From: an archaeon | Lineage (GTDB): Archaea > Nanobdellota > Nanobdellia > Woesearchaeales > GW2011-AR9 | Direction of reading: 5' to 3' | Assembly: GCA_002688265.1 (NCBI GenBank) | Contig: NZCK01000031.1 | Span: forward strand, 1-61,314 | Length of the DNA: 61,314 nucleotides | In this document: piece after piece, positions 39,891 to 50,570 of the stretch | How the letters are laid out: each line of letters begins with the position of its first letter | Position numbering within the stretch: the first letter of the stretch is position 1 | Notes under the pieces: generated by a model | What the model was told of the DNA's origin: nothing | Database searches by the model: none | What the model saw: only the letters and a program-made list of their open reading frames with translations | Position numbers and translations under genes: made by a program

Positions 39891-41195
39891 ATGTATTTTG
39901 ATTTTAGAAGATTGATGATAAGTAAGGGATTTATAGAAAGGTTAGCACAGAATAGTGAAGCTCAAAGTTTAGGAGCAGATAAGGCATCATTTAAATTAGG
40001 ATATGATGAAGCTTTTAATGATGTACAAAAAGTTCCAGCAAGAGCAGATCGTTATTTTCATATGTTTAAGAGAAAAGTTTCTGATATTACTAGCCCCTTT
40101 GATAAAGGAAAGATGGTTGGTGCTGCCTGTGGAATGATTCAAGTAGCAATGGATGAAAAGATGGATTCTATCGCTAAATTTTGCTTAATGTCTAAACATT
40201 TGTTACAAAAATCTGGATTCTTTGAATTGCATGAGATCAAAAAAGTTTTTTATAAACCCTATGAAGAGGGGTTGGTAGCCCATGAAGTCTTAGATCATTA
40301 CAATGGAGAACTTGCACATTTACAATTAGAAATAGATGCTTTCACAAAAGGACTTCAAGCATATGAAGTTGAAGAATTTGAAAAAGCTTTCAATCAAGCT
40401 TATTCTAAAGCTTTTAAGAGACCAAGTGAGATGTTAACTCTTCAACAAGAAATAAGTAATAGTCAAAGAGGAAAATATATTACTGGAGCTTACCTTTCTG
40501 AAAGACGAAAAAGGGAAGGCAAAGTTTTAGGAACAGTAATGGGAGCATTACACGAATCCCATCATAGTGCTCCTTTCATAGAAGGTATATTTGATAATGC
40601 TTATAAAATTCTCAAAAGTACAGGAATTCTAAAAGAGATACATGGAAAACGAATAATGAAACATTTGGTACAGGAAGGTAGACTTTCTGAAAGTATTCTA
40701 AAAAAAATGAAAAAAGATTTGGTTCGACTTGATGCTTCTATAGAAGCTGACATAGAAAAACAACTTGAAAAATGGTCAGAAAGGTCCTACTATCTTGCTT
40801 ATCAAGAAGCTTATAATAAAGTTAGATCCTATCGTCAACATTTTGCTGCAGAATTTAGAAATTACCTTCAAATTAAGAACAAGGATAAACAAACCCCTTG
40901 GGGGAAAGGTTCTAGGGCAGGCGCAGCGTTTGGAGCAATTGAACTTTTGCTTGGTGGGTGGCAAACCTATCAGAAAATAAAAGATGATGGAAAAACATTT
41001 GAAGATGTTGAAGCAATTTTGTGGTTTAAAAAAGCGTTAGAAATTCTGCAAGAGCAAGGATTACTTATAGATCCAAAAGTTGTAGCTGATATTAAAGCAA
41101 AAATAACTAATACTGATTTTAGTATAGTAGATAATGTTCAAAGAGAAAAAGTAAGAGTGGAAGTATTAGCTCTTTTAGAAGAACACCGATCTTAA
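39891..41195 (+). CDS. helical hypothetical protein with three internal repeats
   Basis: Three units of [YF]xxA[YF]N...GxxxGxxxG...L..xG[FIL][FL]. Confidence 0.75.
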   Translation: MYFDFRRLMISKGFIERLAQNSEAQSLGADKASFKLGYDEAFNDVQKVPARADRYFHMFKRKVSDITSPFDKGKMVGAACGMIQVAMDEKMDSIAKFCLMSKHLLQKSGFFELHEIKKVFYKPYEEGLVAHEVLDHYNGELAHLQLEIDAFTKGLQAYEVEEFEKAFNQAYSKAFKRPSEMLTLQQEISNSQRGKYITGAYLSERRKREGKVLGTVMGALHESHHSAPFIEGIFDNAYKILKSTGILKEIHGKRIMKHLVQEGRLSESILKKMKKDLVRLDASIEADIEKQLEKWSERSYYLAYQEAYNKVRSYRQHFAAEFRNYLQIKNKDKQTPWGKGSRAGAAFGAIELLLGGWQTYQKIKDDGKTFEDVEAILWFKKALEILQEQGLLIDPKVVADIKAKITNTDFSIVDNVQREKVRVEVLALLEEHRS

Positions 41196-41225
41196 TAATT
41201 AGTCAATTTTCTATTATTATTATTA

Positions 41226-42911
41226 TCAATCTATTTTAAGACCAGCTAATATTGATTCTAATGTTGCTTTGTCTTTAGGCCCAAATTTATACTCTAAGAA
41301 TCTCTTAGCATCAAGATTTTTAATTAGAGCATAATAAATCTTTGCTCTTAATTTAGTTATTTCCCTACCAGGGAGCATCATACCTTTTGCAATCGCCTCA
41401 ACTTTTTCTGAATGCATTTTGTTGGGAGTCAACCTAGTACAGTTTGAAATATTGTCCCAATTACCAAAACCTTTGAAAATTTCAGGGCGATCTAGTATTG
41501 CTTCACAGAATCTTTGAACTTTTTTCCAACTAACTTTTCTACTCAATAAATCTTCTGTAACTAATGGCAGAACATCAAGTAATAAGGTCAGTGTGTGTTC
41601 TTTACCTTTCTTTACAAGTTGTAAAATGCCTTTCCAGTATAATCTGTTACTTGCTAATTTGTAGTTAGCTTGCAGACCAAATATGAATAAATAATAAGCG
41701 TGTCTTGGTCCAACACACCTTGCCATAAATAAAAGATCTTTCCAGTATGATTCTTCTTGAAGAAGTATTTTGTAAACATTTCTAAACTTAGTTTCTGGTC
41801 GAAGTAGTGACCTAACTATTGCATGGTATACTGATGGAAATTCTACTAAAGCAACAATGTAGGGCCAAGTTTTTTTAGTGATAAATTGTGTATCATTACT
41901 TAGTCCATAAACATTATACCAATCTCTATTAAACTTACGAATTAATAATTGTGGAAGTTCACGGTAAAAGACATTGATTAAATCAAATTCTTCATGAATA
42001 ATATGCATTAACCCTGGCCAATAATCTTTATTGATTAATAATGCAACTTCTGGAAGTGATCTCTCAAAGAATACTTTTCTGGCTTCAGCTGAACATCTAT
42101 CACTAATTGCTAAGAGATCTGATGGACGGGATGCCATAAATTTTACTTGATGAACGAATTCTACATTTCCTATTGGGAACCCATAATTTTTTAATAGTTC
42201 CATTCCTTTATTATTTAATGTAGATTTTTGATCTTGAGGTAATTCTTTCATTAATTGCTGAGCTTTTTTTAGGGCAGCTTGTAAACCTTCAACCCAAGTT
42301 TCAACATCTTTTATCTCTTGGTTAATTTTTTTTATTAATTGATTGAGACTTTTTGCAATTTCTTCTTTATCATAATTCTTCTTTTTTTCATTAGTACTCA
42401 TTCTCTCTAAAAAGGCAGCATCTGCTTCTGCTTTACTAATTTCTTGTCGCAGTTTTCCAGAATAAAGAGAAGCAGAACCAGCTAAGATATCACTTGAAAC
42501 ACCTAACTCTTTGCTTGTTGACTTAAACTCTTCTATGAATGATTTCTTGACAGAAAAGTTGTGGCCTAATTCAGCTTCTAAAATTTTGAATAAATGATCT
42601 AAAGAAACTTTAACTTCTTTTTCAAAACGATAAGCTCTTCTTTCTGCTCTACCAATATATTTTAGTGTTTGAGCAGCTTTTCTTAAATCCTTTAATTCCT
42701 GATCTATATCTGTTTCTTGTTCTATTGTGGAAAATTCTTGTTTTAATTGTTCAACGTATTTGTATTCCGCTGCTGCCCATTCGATGGCGTGTGGTAGATT
42801 ATGTTCTAATTTTTCTTTGGCTTTTTCTGCTTTCTTTTCTTTATCTTTGTTAAATAGAGAGAAAATACCCTTAACGCTAGGAATTCTTAACTTACCTCTC
42901 TTGTTCAACAT
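41226..42911 (-). CDS. coiled-coil plus helical-repeat hypothetical protein
   Basis: 561-aa ORF; heptad-rich N-terminal half; repeated YW/TW helices. Confidence 0.75.
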   Translation of the reverse strand: MLNKRGKLRIPSVKGIFSLFNKDKEKKAEKAKEKLEHNLPHAIEWAAAEYKYVEQLKQEFSTIEQETDIDQELKDLRKAAQTLKYIGRAERRAYRFEKEVKVSLDHLFKILEAELGHNFSVKKSFIEEFKSTSKELGVSSDILAGSASLYSGKLRQEISKAEADAAFLERMSTNEKKKNYDKEEIAKSLNQLIKKINQEIKDVETWVEGLQAALKKAQQLMKELPQDQKSTLNNKGMELLKNYGFPIGNVEFVHQVKFMASRPSDLLAISDRCSAEARKVFFERSLPEVALLINKDYWPGLMHIIHEEFDLINVFYRELPQLLIRKFNRDWYNVYGLSNDTQFITKKTWPYIVALVEFPSVYHAIVRSLLRPETKFRNVYKILLQEESYWKDLLFMARCVGPRHAYYLFIFGLQANYKLASNRLYWKGILQLVKKGKEHTLTLLLDVLPLVTEDLLSRKVSWKKVQRFCEAILDRPEIFKGFGNWDNISNCTRLTPNKMHSEKVEAIAKGMMLPGREITKLRAKIYYALIKNLDAKRFLEYKFGPKDKATLESILAGLKID

Positions 42912-43021
42912 GTGGAATATAAAGGATCAATTGTTTATTAAGTTTTTTAATACTCAAGCCAATTTTATAGAGTTAAGTTCTTTGTGAAACTTTTTATACT
43001 TAAGATAATTTATTTAAACAT

Positions 43022-43636
43022 ATGAAAAAAGGCCAAGTAACAATTTTTATGATATTGGGTTTGTCTATCTTAATGGCATTCATCTTTGTTATCATGTTAA
43101 ATGTCTGGCTTGTTGAAGTAATGGCAGTACAAGAATCTGATGAAATTTCTTTTCAAGAATGTGTTGAAGGAAGTCTAATAGTTGATTTCTTAAGAATAGA
43201 AAACCAAGGTTCAGGCAACGCAGAGGGAAAAGTATATGTTGGAAGTGAACCTACTTTGTATTCTGATAACGAAGCAATTCCACTCTTAGTAGACTCTGGT
43301 TCAGTAATTGATAGTGGATATATATTTGATAGTTCTGGTTTAATATTAGAAAGAGGAGTAGACTATTTGCACTTTATACTAAAAGGAAATCAAAACACTG
43401 ATGATGTGGAGATAATGGATTTTATTGTTTCTTTAGAAGGAGCACAAATTCAAATGTATTCTGAAGATGAAGATTATCCTTTAGAAAAACAAGGGGATGG
43501 AATATATGAAGATAACCCTATTCAAGATGAAGTGATAATTGATCTTGAAGAAAATACCATCGAAGCATATATCAGAGTAAGTACCAATAGTGATGGGTTT
43601 TATGTGTATTATTCTTGTGGCAGTGATGAAGAATAG
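43022..43636 (+). CDS. class III signal peptide (pilin-like) protein
   Basis: MKKG|QVTIFMILG. Confidence 0.8.
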   Translation: MKKGQVTIFMILGLSILMAFIFVIMLNVWLVEVMAVQESDEISFQECVEGSLIVDFLRIENQGSGNAEGKVYVGSEPTLYSDNEAIPLLVDSGSVIDSGYIFDSSGLILERGVDYLHFILKGNQNTDDVEIMDFIVSLEGAQIQMYSEDEDYPLEKQGDGIYEDNPIQDEVIIDLEENTIEAYIRVSTNSDGFYVYYSCGSDEE

Positions 43637-43680
43637 AAATGAATAATATAGAAAAATAAATGATTAACAAAATAAAAAAC

Positions 43681-45246
43681 CTATTTCAAAGGATGCCTGT
43701 GTTCTTGTAGCCAGTTGTAGACTGTACCTGAAACTCCTCTGATAACTTTTTCTGCTCTTTGAGTAAAAGAACCATAACTATCTGGTGATTTACTATCCCT
43801 ATCAACAATTCCAATAAAATGATATGGATAACGTTTTCCATCAGTTCCTTTAGGTGATAAAATTCCAAAGTCACCAATACATTTTCCAGTACTTCCGGTT
43901 TTGTTGAAGACTAATGTGCTTGATGGAATATCTGGAACTCCTTGATATACACGACCATAATTACTTAAGGACATTAACCTTCTAAGTTCTTTAGAACTAG
44001 GTAGGTTATCATTCCACATTGCGTATAAGAATCTGGAATAATCTCTAGCTGAAGCTTTGTTTCTATAAGTAGCTCCATTAGGAACAGGTATTTTTTCAAC
44101 AATACTTGTATCATGGAAAATATTTGAATATCTTTGGTGAAGAATTTTATTCACTGCAGCAGCTCCACCAACTTGATCTATTACCCAATTGGTTGCATAA
44201 TTATCGCTATTTCGTAGCATTCTTTCCATTTTTCCTTTACTTACTGGTCCATAATTAAAATTTTTCTCTCTTTTTACTTTATCAAAAAATGCTAAAGCAA
44301 CAAATGGTTTAACCATACTAGCACATTGCATTGGAACATCTCCATTAATATCTAATAATAATTCACCAGTGGTGTAATCAAAAACTACCCAAGCAGTTCT
44401 ATCATTACTTTTGATACGACCTCTTTGACGGTCTCTTTTCACTTGAGCTTCGATAACTCTTTCTAAATCAGAATCAATAAGTCTACTTGGTGTAGGTCTT
44501 TCTGCTTCTACTACTTGACCAATACTTGGTTGAATATTATTTACAACTGGTGCTCTTTCGGTAAATACGCTAGTTTCTCCTGCTACAACATCATAACCAT
44601 TTTCTCTGGTAAATGAAGCAAGTTCTCCTTTACGTCTACTGAATTTAGAACTTTTCTTTAATTCTGAGTGATGACGTGTAGCAGCAGCTTTTGTTTCTTC
44701 TTCACTGCCTCTTCGCCTATAAACTAAAGCAAATAATCCTTCACCTCTATCTTCGATAACTAGATTTTTTCCAACACCTTCACCTAAAACATGACGTACG
44801 TCTTGCATATCATTTTTTAGAGCTTCAAGATTTTTTCCAACACCATAACTTACATTGTATAATGAAGAATAACCTTCGTCTCGAATTGCTTCAGCAGAAT
44901 CTCCTTGATTGTAAACATCTGCTGTAATTAAGCTTCTAGTATGACTTCTGGCAACAGTATCTGCTCTTACTTTATCTTCTCCATCACGATCATAAATAAC
45001 TTGAAATAATCCAGAATCTCTTTGAACGACCCTTAAGTCTCTTTTTACATCTGGACCTAATACATTACCAATAGCATCACGTACAGCAAAAGTTGCATCT
45101 AAATCTCTAAGAGCAATATACGCAACATCCCAAAGGCCACTTCCGTCTTGAGCAAAAGCTTGACCTGGAAGAAACAAACTAGGTGCAACAGCACCAGTAA
45201 TTAAGGCAGCTAATCCATCTTTTAAAACTTTACGTCTGGTTGGCAT
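43681..45246 (-). CDS. Tat-signal serine hydrolase (class A beta-lactamase/PBP fold) with two N-terminal SPOR-like repeats
   Basis: TRRKVLK...AFA signal; SMVK, SDN, KTG. Confidence 0.85.
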   Translation of the reverse strand: MPTRRKVLKDGLAALITGAVAPSLFLPGQAFAQDGSGLWDVAYIALRDLDATFAVRDAIGNVLGPDVKRDLRVVQRDSGLFQVIYDRDGEDKVRADTVARSHTRSLITADVYNQGDSAEAIRDEGYSSLYNVSYGVGKNLEALKNDMQDVRHVLGEGVGKNLVIEDRGEGLFALVYRRRGSEEETKAAATRHHSELKKSSKFSRRKGELASFTRENGYDVVAGETSVFTERAPVVNNIQPSIGQVVEAERPTPSRLIDSDLERVIEAQVKRDRQRGRIKSNDRTAWVVFDYTTGELLLDINGDVPMQCASMVKPFVALAFFDKVKREKNFNYGPVSKGKMERMLRNSDNYATNWVIDQVGGAAAVNKILHQRYSNIFHDTSIVEKIPVPNGATYRNKASARDYSRFLYAMWNDNLPSSKELRRLMSLSNYGRVYQGVPDIPSSTLVFNKTGSTGKCIGDFGILSPKGTDGKRYPYHFIGIVDRDSKSPDSYGSFTQRAEKVIRGVSGTVYNWLQEHRHPLK

Positions 45247-45357
45247 AAAGTGCTATTATTAAGCCTCATTTATAAAGTTTCTGAGGAATTATTACTAAAG
45301 GGTGGTTAATTCCAAAACATTTATAAAGAAAATTAACTTTTAGAGTAATGAATTGTA

Positions 45358-48300
45358 TTAGGAAATCTCTTTATTCTTTTCCAAAATCTTTACTATTCCA
45401 ATATTAGCATCTACTTCAACCAAATCGCCGTCTTTTAGAACTTTTGTTGCAATCTTAGTTCCAATGATGCAAGGCTTTTTTAGTTCTCTTGCAACAATAG
45501 CTGCGTGTGAAGTGATGCCACCTTCATCAGACACTATTGCTTTTGCACTGTGAAGGGCACTCATTAAATCAGGATTAGTATTTATTGAAACAATAATTTG
45601 TCCTTTTTTATATTTCTTAATATCCTTGAAATTGTCAATACGACAAACAGTACCCCTAACACAACCAGGATAAGCAGTAGTTCCAGAGATGATATTTTTA
45701 GAATTCACTATTTTTTCTTGTAAAACAGGTATTTCTGTAATAATCTCTTTGTCATATTCATAGGATATATTATTGGTTTCTAGATTATGCCAAAAGACAC
45801 ACCATTTTTTTCTTTGTTTTAGTTCTTCTATAGATGGAAGTGGTATGCCTTCAGTAAAATCAATTATTTCTTTTGGATTTAGTTTGTCAATAAGATCTAC
45901 ATTTTCTATGTTACAATTTTGGGAGATGAGGTTCCAAAAGTGGGATAACATTGAACGTTCTAACTTAGAATGTGTTGCTAAACCACGCAAAGGTTCAAAT
46001 TCTTTTAGAATACTTGCATATCTCTGTTCTGATTCTCCTTTCTCAATTGCAGCATCTATTGAGGATAAAGTTAAGTAAGGTATTGTAACAGTGTAAAGTA
46101 AGATCTGGACAAATTCATCATAATATTTTTTGAATTCATTAATGGTAACTGATTTTTTCTTCTCGCTCTCAAAAAGTTTAATTAGGTCATTTGCCCTTCT
46201 ATCCCATTTGAGACACAAATCTTTCCAAGTAATTACTTTTGGATAATCTTCTTGTACAGCCGTAATGAAGTGATCTAAAGATTCTTGTAATTCAGAAGCT
46301 GAGCGATAATGAGTTCCTTTATCTCCTTCCCATTTATACATATGTTTTGTGTATTTGAATCCAGTGGCCTTTTTCAGATGAAAAAATTCTGCTTCAATAA
46401 AAGGGTGATAAATAAAACAAGATCTTCGTCTTTCTAAGAATTTGATCCAATCCAGTTTTGGAATGTCATTGTTTTTTAGAATTCTTACAATACCAATATT
46501 AGCATCTACTTCTACCAAATCGCCATCTTTGAATGCTTGGGTGGCATTTTGTGTGCCAACAACACAAGGGATTTTTAATTCTCTAGAAACTATGGCTGCA
46601 TGGCATAATAATCCTCCTGCATCAGTTACGATCGCAGATGCCTTTTTCATTAAAGGTACAAACCTTGGATCTGTCATGCCAGTTACTAAGACGGATCCTT
46701 CTGGGAATGTATGCTGCAAAGAGAAATCTCGAATCACAACGACTCTGGCTTGTACAATTCCTTTATGAGACGCTTGTCCACGGACGATCTTACTATGTAA
46801 TTGCTCAGTGCTATTATCAATTATATTTTCTGCATGTTTTTGAGATAATTCTACAAATCCATTTGGAGTAATATGTAGATACAAAGATTCTTTTCTTTTT
46901 GACAAATTTTCTTTAGAAGCAAGAGTTTTGGTAGAGAAATATTCTAAGACTTCTTCGTAATTCATTGCTAATGCTTCTTCAATTTTAAGATTAGTCTCAG
47001 AAGATATTTGATTAGCAATTTCTCGCAAAACATTCTCTAAAATGAAATAAACTTTCTCTGTTCGTTTTCGAAGTGCGAGCAATTTATTAAACACATCCTC
47101 ATTAATATAGACATCTCCACCTACTTTGATCACACCAAAACAGACATGCATCTCATCATAAATTTTTCTTAATTTGAGAACTTTTTTTGTATTAAACAAA
47201 GTTACTTTTTTTATCTCATCAACTTGTGTAAGCAATTTATCTATTTGCTTTTCAAAATTTTTAACGTTATCAATATCTTGAAGATACTGGCTCATGAATT
47301 CTTCGAACCGATTAAGATCCTCACTATGGTAATAACAAGCCATAATTCCTTCTGAATAAGTTAAAAGAAGTTGTCTATATGGGTAATCAAAACCACTTAG
47401 ATAGCCATTTAAGTTATCTAATCTTAAGGAAAAGAATGGGTACATAGGAATCAGCGGGGCCTCCCAATATTTAACCCAACCTTTTTGCGGAATATTGTCC
47501 TCTGTATTTTGACTTTTCCCACTCAATGTAGTAATTGGCCTACTCTGAGTAATATAAATAATATCATCTTCAATTGCCCATTCTACATCTACTGGAAACT
47601 TATAATGAGATTCAATTTTTGCAACCTCTCTAGATAGATTAAGTAAATCAGAATCACTAATCTTTTGGCTACTTGCAAGAGGTTCAGAAATTTCAACCCA
47701 ATCAACACCTTTCTTATCTGTTCTAACTAACTTCCGAGTTTGTGTATTAATATTCTTACTATCAATAGAATTATCTTTTTTACTTATAACAAAACTATCT
47801 GGAGTTACTGAACCTGAAACTATCGCTTCACCTAAACCTAAACCTACTTCAATTAATATTTGATCTCTATCTTCAGTTACTGGATGTACTGAAAAAGCAA
47901 TACCAGAACTATCACTTTGTAACATTTTTTGAACAACTACTGCAACAGAAACTTTTTCTTTGTCTAATTTTTTCTCAAACCGATAGAAAATGGCTCTTGG
48001 ACTAAACAGTGAAGCCCAACATTTTTGTACGTTTAGTAATAAATCTTTTTTAGTGCTGTTCAAGAATGTATCTAATTGGCCAGCCCAAGCAGCATCAGAA
48101 CTATCTTCGGCTGTTGCTGATGAACGAACAGCAACAAACTCAGCATCTAATTTAGCAAATTTATTGTTAATTTCATTTGCAATTTTTTTTGGTATTGTTG
48201 CGTTAGAAATAAGATGTTTAATTTTTTCTGAGGCTGCTTCAACAGTATCCATATTTTCAATTTTAACAGTGGATAGAACTGAATCAATTTCAGCCTCAAT

Positions 48301-48459
48301 TCCTGCCTGTTCTAAGAATTTCTCAAAAGTTGTAGCTAATACTACAAACCCTTCAGGGATTGGAAAGCCATTTTGCAACATTTCTCCTAATGAGGCCCCT
48401 TTGCCTCCTGCTTCTAAAACATCTTGGTAAGAAAGTTCCTTAAGATTTTTAGCATACAT
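45358..48459 (-). CDS. PEP synthase/PPDK-type ATP-grasp protein with two phospho-His swivel domains
   Basis: GGKGASL, AVRSSATAED, DVEW, QSRPITT; GGLLCHAAIVSRE and GGITSHAAIVARE; no pyruvate-binding barrel. Confidence 0.88.
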   Translation of the reverse strand: MYAKNLKELSYQDVLEAGGKGASLGEMLQNGFPIPEGFVVLATTFEKFLEQAGIEAEIDSVLSTVKIENMDTVEAASEKIKHLISNATIPKKIANEINNKFAKLDAEFVAVRSSATAEDSSDAAWAGQLDTFLNSTKKDLLLNVQKCWASLFSPRAIFYRFEKKLDKEKVSVAVVVQKMLQSDSSGIAFSVHPVTEDRDQILIEVGLGLGEAIVSGSVTPDSFVISKKDNSIDSKNINTQTRKLVRTDKKGVDWVEISEPLASSQKISDSDLLNLSREVAKIESHYKFPVDVEWAIEDDIIYITQSRPITTLSGKSQNTEDNIPQKGWVKYWEAPLIPMYPFFSLRLDNLNGYLSGFDYPYRQLLLTYSEGIMACYYHSEDLNRFEEFMSQYLQDIDNVKNFEKQIDKLLTQVDEIKKVTLFNTKKVLKLRKIYDEMHVCFGVIKVGGDVYINEDVFNKLLALRKRTEKVYFILENVLREIANQISSETNLKIEEALAMNYEEVLEYFSTKTLASKENLSKRKESLYLHITPNGFVELSQKHAENIIDNSTEQLHSKIVRGQASHKGIVQARVVVIRDFSLQHTFPEGSVLVTGMTDPRFVPLMKKASAIVTDAGGLLCHAAIVSRELKIPCVVGTQNATQAFKDGDLVEVDANIGIVRILKNNDIPKLDWIKFLERRRSCFIYHPFIEAEFFHLKKATGFKYTKHMYKWEGDKGTHYRSASELQESLDHFITAVQEDYPKVITWKDLCLKWDRRANDLIKLFESEKKKSVTINEFKKYYDEFVQILLYTVTIPYLTLSSIDAAIEKGESEQRYASILKEFEPLRGLATHSKLERSMLSHFWNLISQNCNIENVDLIDKLNPKEIIDFTEGIPLPSIEELKQRKKWCVFWHNLETNNISYEYDKEIITEIPVLQEKIVNSKNIISGTTAYPGCVRGTVCRIDNFKDIKKYKKGQIIVSINTNPDLMSALHSAKAIVSDEGGITSHAAIVARELKKPCIIGTKIATKVLKDGDLVEVDANIGIVKILEKNKEIS

Positions 48460-48524
48460 ATATGCTGTTAAAATAAGACTTAATTTAAGTATTTTATTAA
48501 GAAAAAAGCTTATTTATCTAAACT

Positions 48525-50147
48525 TCACTCAATCCCTAACCTTTCCAAAATCAAATCAGCAGAGAAAGGAACTAGATCTTTATACTCCTGACCCATACCT
48601 AAATACAAAATTGGTTTACCTGTTACATAACAAATTGAAAGTGGGGCTCCACCCATCTCATCAATATCAGCTTTAGTTAGAATAATCCCGTCAATTCCTA
48701 AAGTATTAGTATACTTCTCTGCCTGCTCAACACAATCATTACCAGTAATACTCTCTCCAATGAAAATTTTACAATCAGGCTCTGCAACTCGCATTATCTT
48801 TTCAAGTTCCGCCATCAAATTTGTATTAGAATGCAAACGACCTGCGGTATCAATTAAAACCACATCAATATTATTTTTCTTTGCATAAGCTACAGCGTCA
48901 TAAGCTACTGCTGCAGCATCACTACCATAATCATGTTTAATCATTTTAACTTCTAATTTGTTCGCATGATCTTCTAATTGATGAATTGCAGCTGCTCTAA
49001 AGGTGTCTCCTGCTGCAAGAACAACACTAAAACCTTGTGTTTTTAGTTTATGGGCTAACTTAGCAATGGTTGTAGTTTTTCCACTACCATTGATTCCAAA
49101 GAAAATTATAGAATAGGGTTTTCCATTAGCTTTTGCTTCTTTGATTTCAGCAATAATATCTTTTTTCTCAATTGAGAGGATTTCTCTTAAAGTTGAGGCT
49201 AAAACTTCTTGAATTTTACTTGCAACATCACGTGGCAAAGGTTTGTCAACCAATTCGGCGCTTAAATTTGATTTTAATTTTTCAATAACTTTAACTGAAA
49301 CATTGTTTTCTAAAAGAACTAATTCTAAATCCCAAAATAACTCTTCAAACTTTTCAGAATTGATTGTTTTAGTAGTTAATTTTTGCTTAATTTTAGAGAA
49401 TAAACCTTTCTTTTCTTCAGTAACAGGTTCTTTTTTTGTTTCAGCAATAACCTTTTCTTTAACTTCTGTTTTTACTGTTTCAACTTTTTTTGGTTTTTCT
49501 TTTAACGCTTCCTTAGCAATTTTTGTAATAAATTTTTCTTCTTTTTCTGCTGCTTGTTTTGAAACTTCAATGTCTGCAGCTTCACCTGCACCTTGATCTA
49601 ATAATTGACCTTTACTAGGTTCAAGAGCAACTTTTTCTTCTTCTTTGATTTCTTCTTTCTCTTTTTTTGTAAGTTTTTGTTTAACAGGAGCTTTATCATC
49701 TTCATCATCAACCAATTCTTCTGATAACAAATCATGAACTGAAGGAAGCTTTGATTTTTGAGAAGTTTCTTCTTTAGATTTATGTTCTTTTTTTGGTTTT
49801 TCAATAATTTTTTCAACTTGATCAAGAATGATTTCTTCTTTTTTCTCAGCTACTGTAATGTGTTCCTCAGAGTCTACTAATTCATCTGCACCCAAATCTA
49901 ATAATTTATCCTTACTAGGGGGAGGGGCAATCTCTTCATCTGTAACTGCTTCTTCTTTTTTCTTTGATTCTTTTGAAATTGGAGTTACTGCTACTTTTTC
50001 TTCAACTTCTTTTGTTTTTTTAACTTGTTCAACTTCTTTTTCAATTTCAACTGACTCTTCAGTTGCTTCTTCTTCTGCTTTTTTTGAGAAAATAGAAAGA
50101 GTACTCTTGAGCTTATCCTTTAATTTACTAAACATCATTTCCACCAA
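48525..50147 (-). CDS. ftsY: SRP receptor FtsY
   Basis: Acidic N-terminal region; GINGSGKTT, DTFRAAA, DTAGR, TKAD. Confidence 0.97.
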   Translation of the reverse strand: MVEMMFSKLKDKLKSTLSIFSKKAEEEATEESVEIEKEVEQVKKTKEVEEKVAVTPISKESKKKEEAVTDEEIAPPPSKDKLLDLGADELVDSEEHITVAEKKEEIILDQVEKIIEKPKKEHKSKEETSQKSKLPSVHDLLSEELVDDEDDKAPVKQKLTKKEKEEIKEEEKVALEPSKGQLLDQGAGEAADIEVSKQAAEKEEKFITKIAKEALKEKPKKVETVKTEVKEKVIAETKKEPVTEEKKGLFSKIKQKLTTKTINSEKFEELFWDLELVLLENNVSVKVIEKLKSNLSAELVDKPLPRDVASKIQEVLASTLREILSIEKKDIIAEIKEAKANGKPYSIIFFGINGSGKTTTIAKLAHKLKTQGFSVVLAAGDTFRAAAIHQLEDHANKLEVKMIKHDYGSDAAAVAYDAVAYAKKNNIDVVLIDTAGRLHSNTNLMAELEKIMRVAEPDCKIFIGESITGNDCVEQAEKYTNTLGIDGIILTKADIDEMGGAPLSICYVTGKPILYLGMGQEYKDLVPFSADLILERLGIE

Positions 50148-50570
50148 TTATTCTTTATTTTCTTCAGATACTTCACTCATTTCTAACTTGGCAATTTTTT
50201 CTAATAAGTTGTTAGAAATATCTTGCATTTTTGTTTCAATCTCTAAACTGCTTTTAGTAATCTTTGATTCATGACCCTGAACCATCTTTAAAACTTCAGG
50301 CAAGGGCTTTTCCACAGTAATACCCTTACCAATGTTAACAATAGCTGTAGAATTATCATTTAATTGAGTACGAACAAAAATTCCATCAGCTAAAGGAGCT
50401 AAGATTTCAGTACCTTTTTTGATATTTTGAATTTCTTTGATAGCATTCACTGTAATTGAAATAGTGCCCTGTTTTTCTTGAAGCTCTTCTAACTGTTTTG
50501 ATAAAGCTTCCATTTGCTCTTGCAAATGCTGAAGCTCCATAATCTCTTGCATCTTGTTTAATTGATCCAT
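50148..50570 (-). CDS. pfdA: prefoldin alpha subunit
   Basis: EILAPLADGIFV, VNIGKGITVEK between coiled coils; adjacent to ftsY as is usual in archaea. Confidence 0.93.
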   Translation of the reverse strand: MDQLNKMQEIMELQHLQEQMEALSKQLEELQEKQGTISITVNAIKEIQNIKKGTEILAPLADGIFVRTQLNDNSTAIVNIGKGITVEKPLPEVLKMVQGHESKITKSSLEIETKMQDISNNLLEKIAKLEMSEVSEENKE

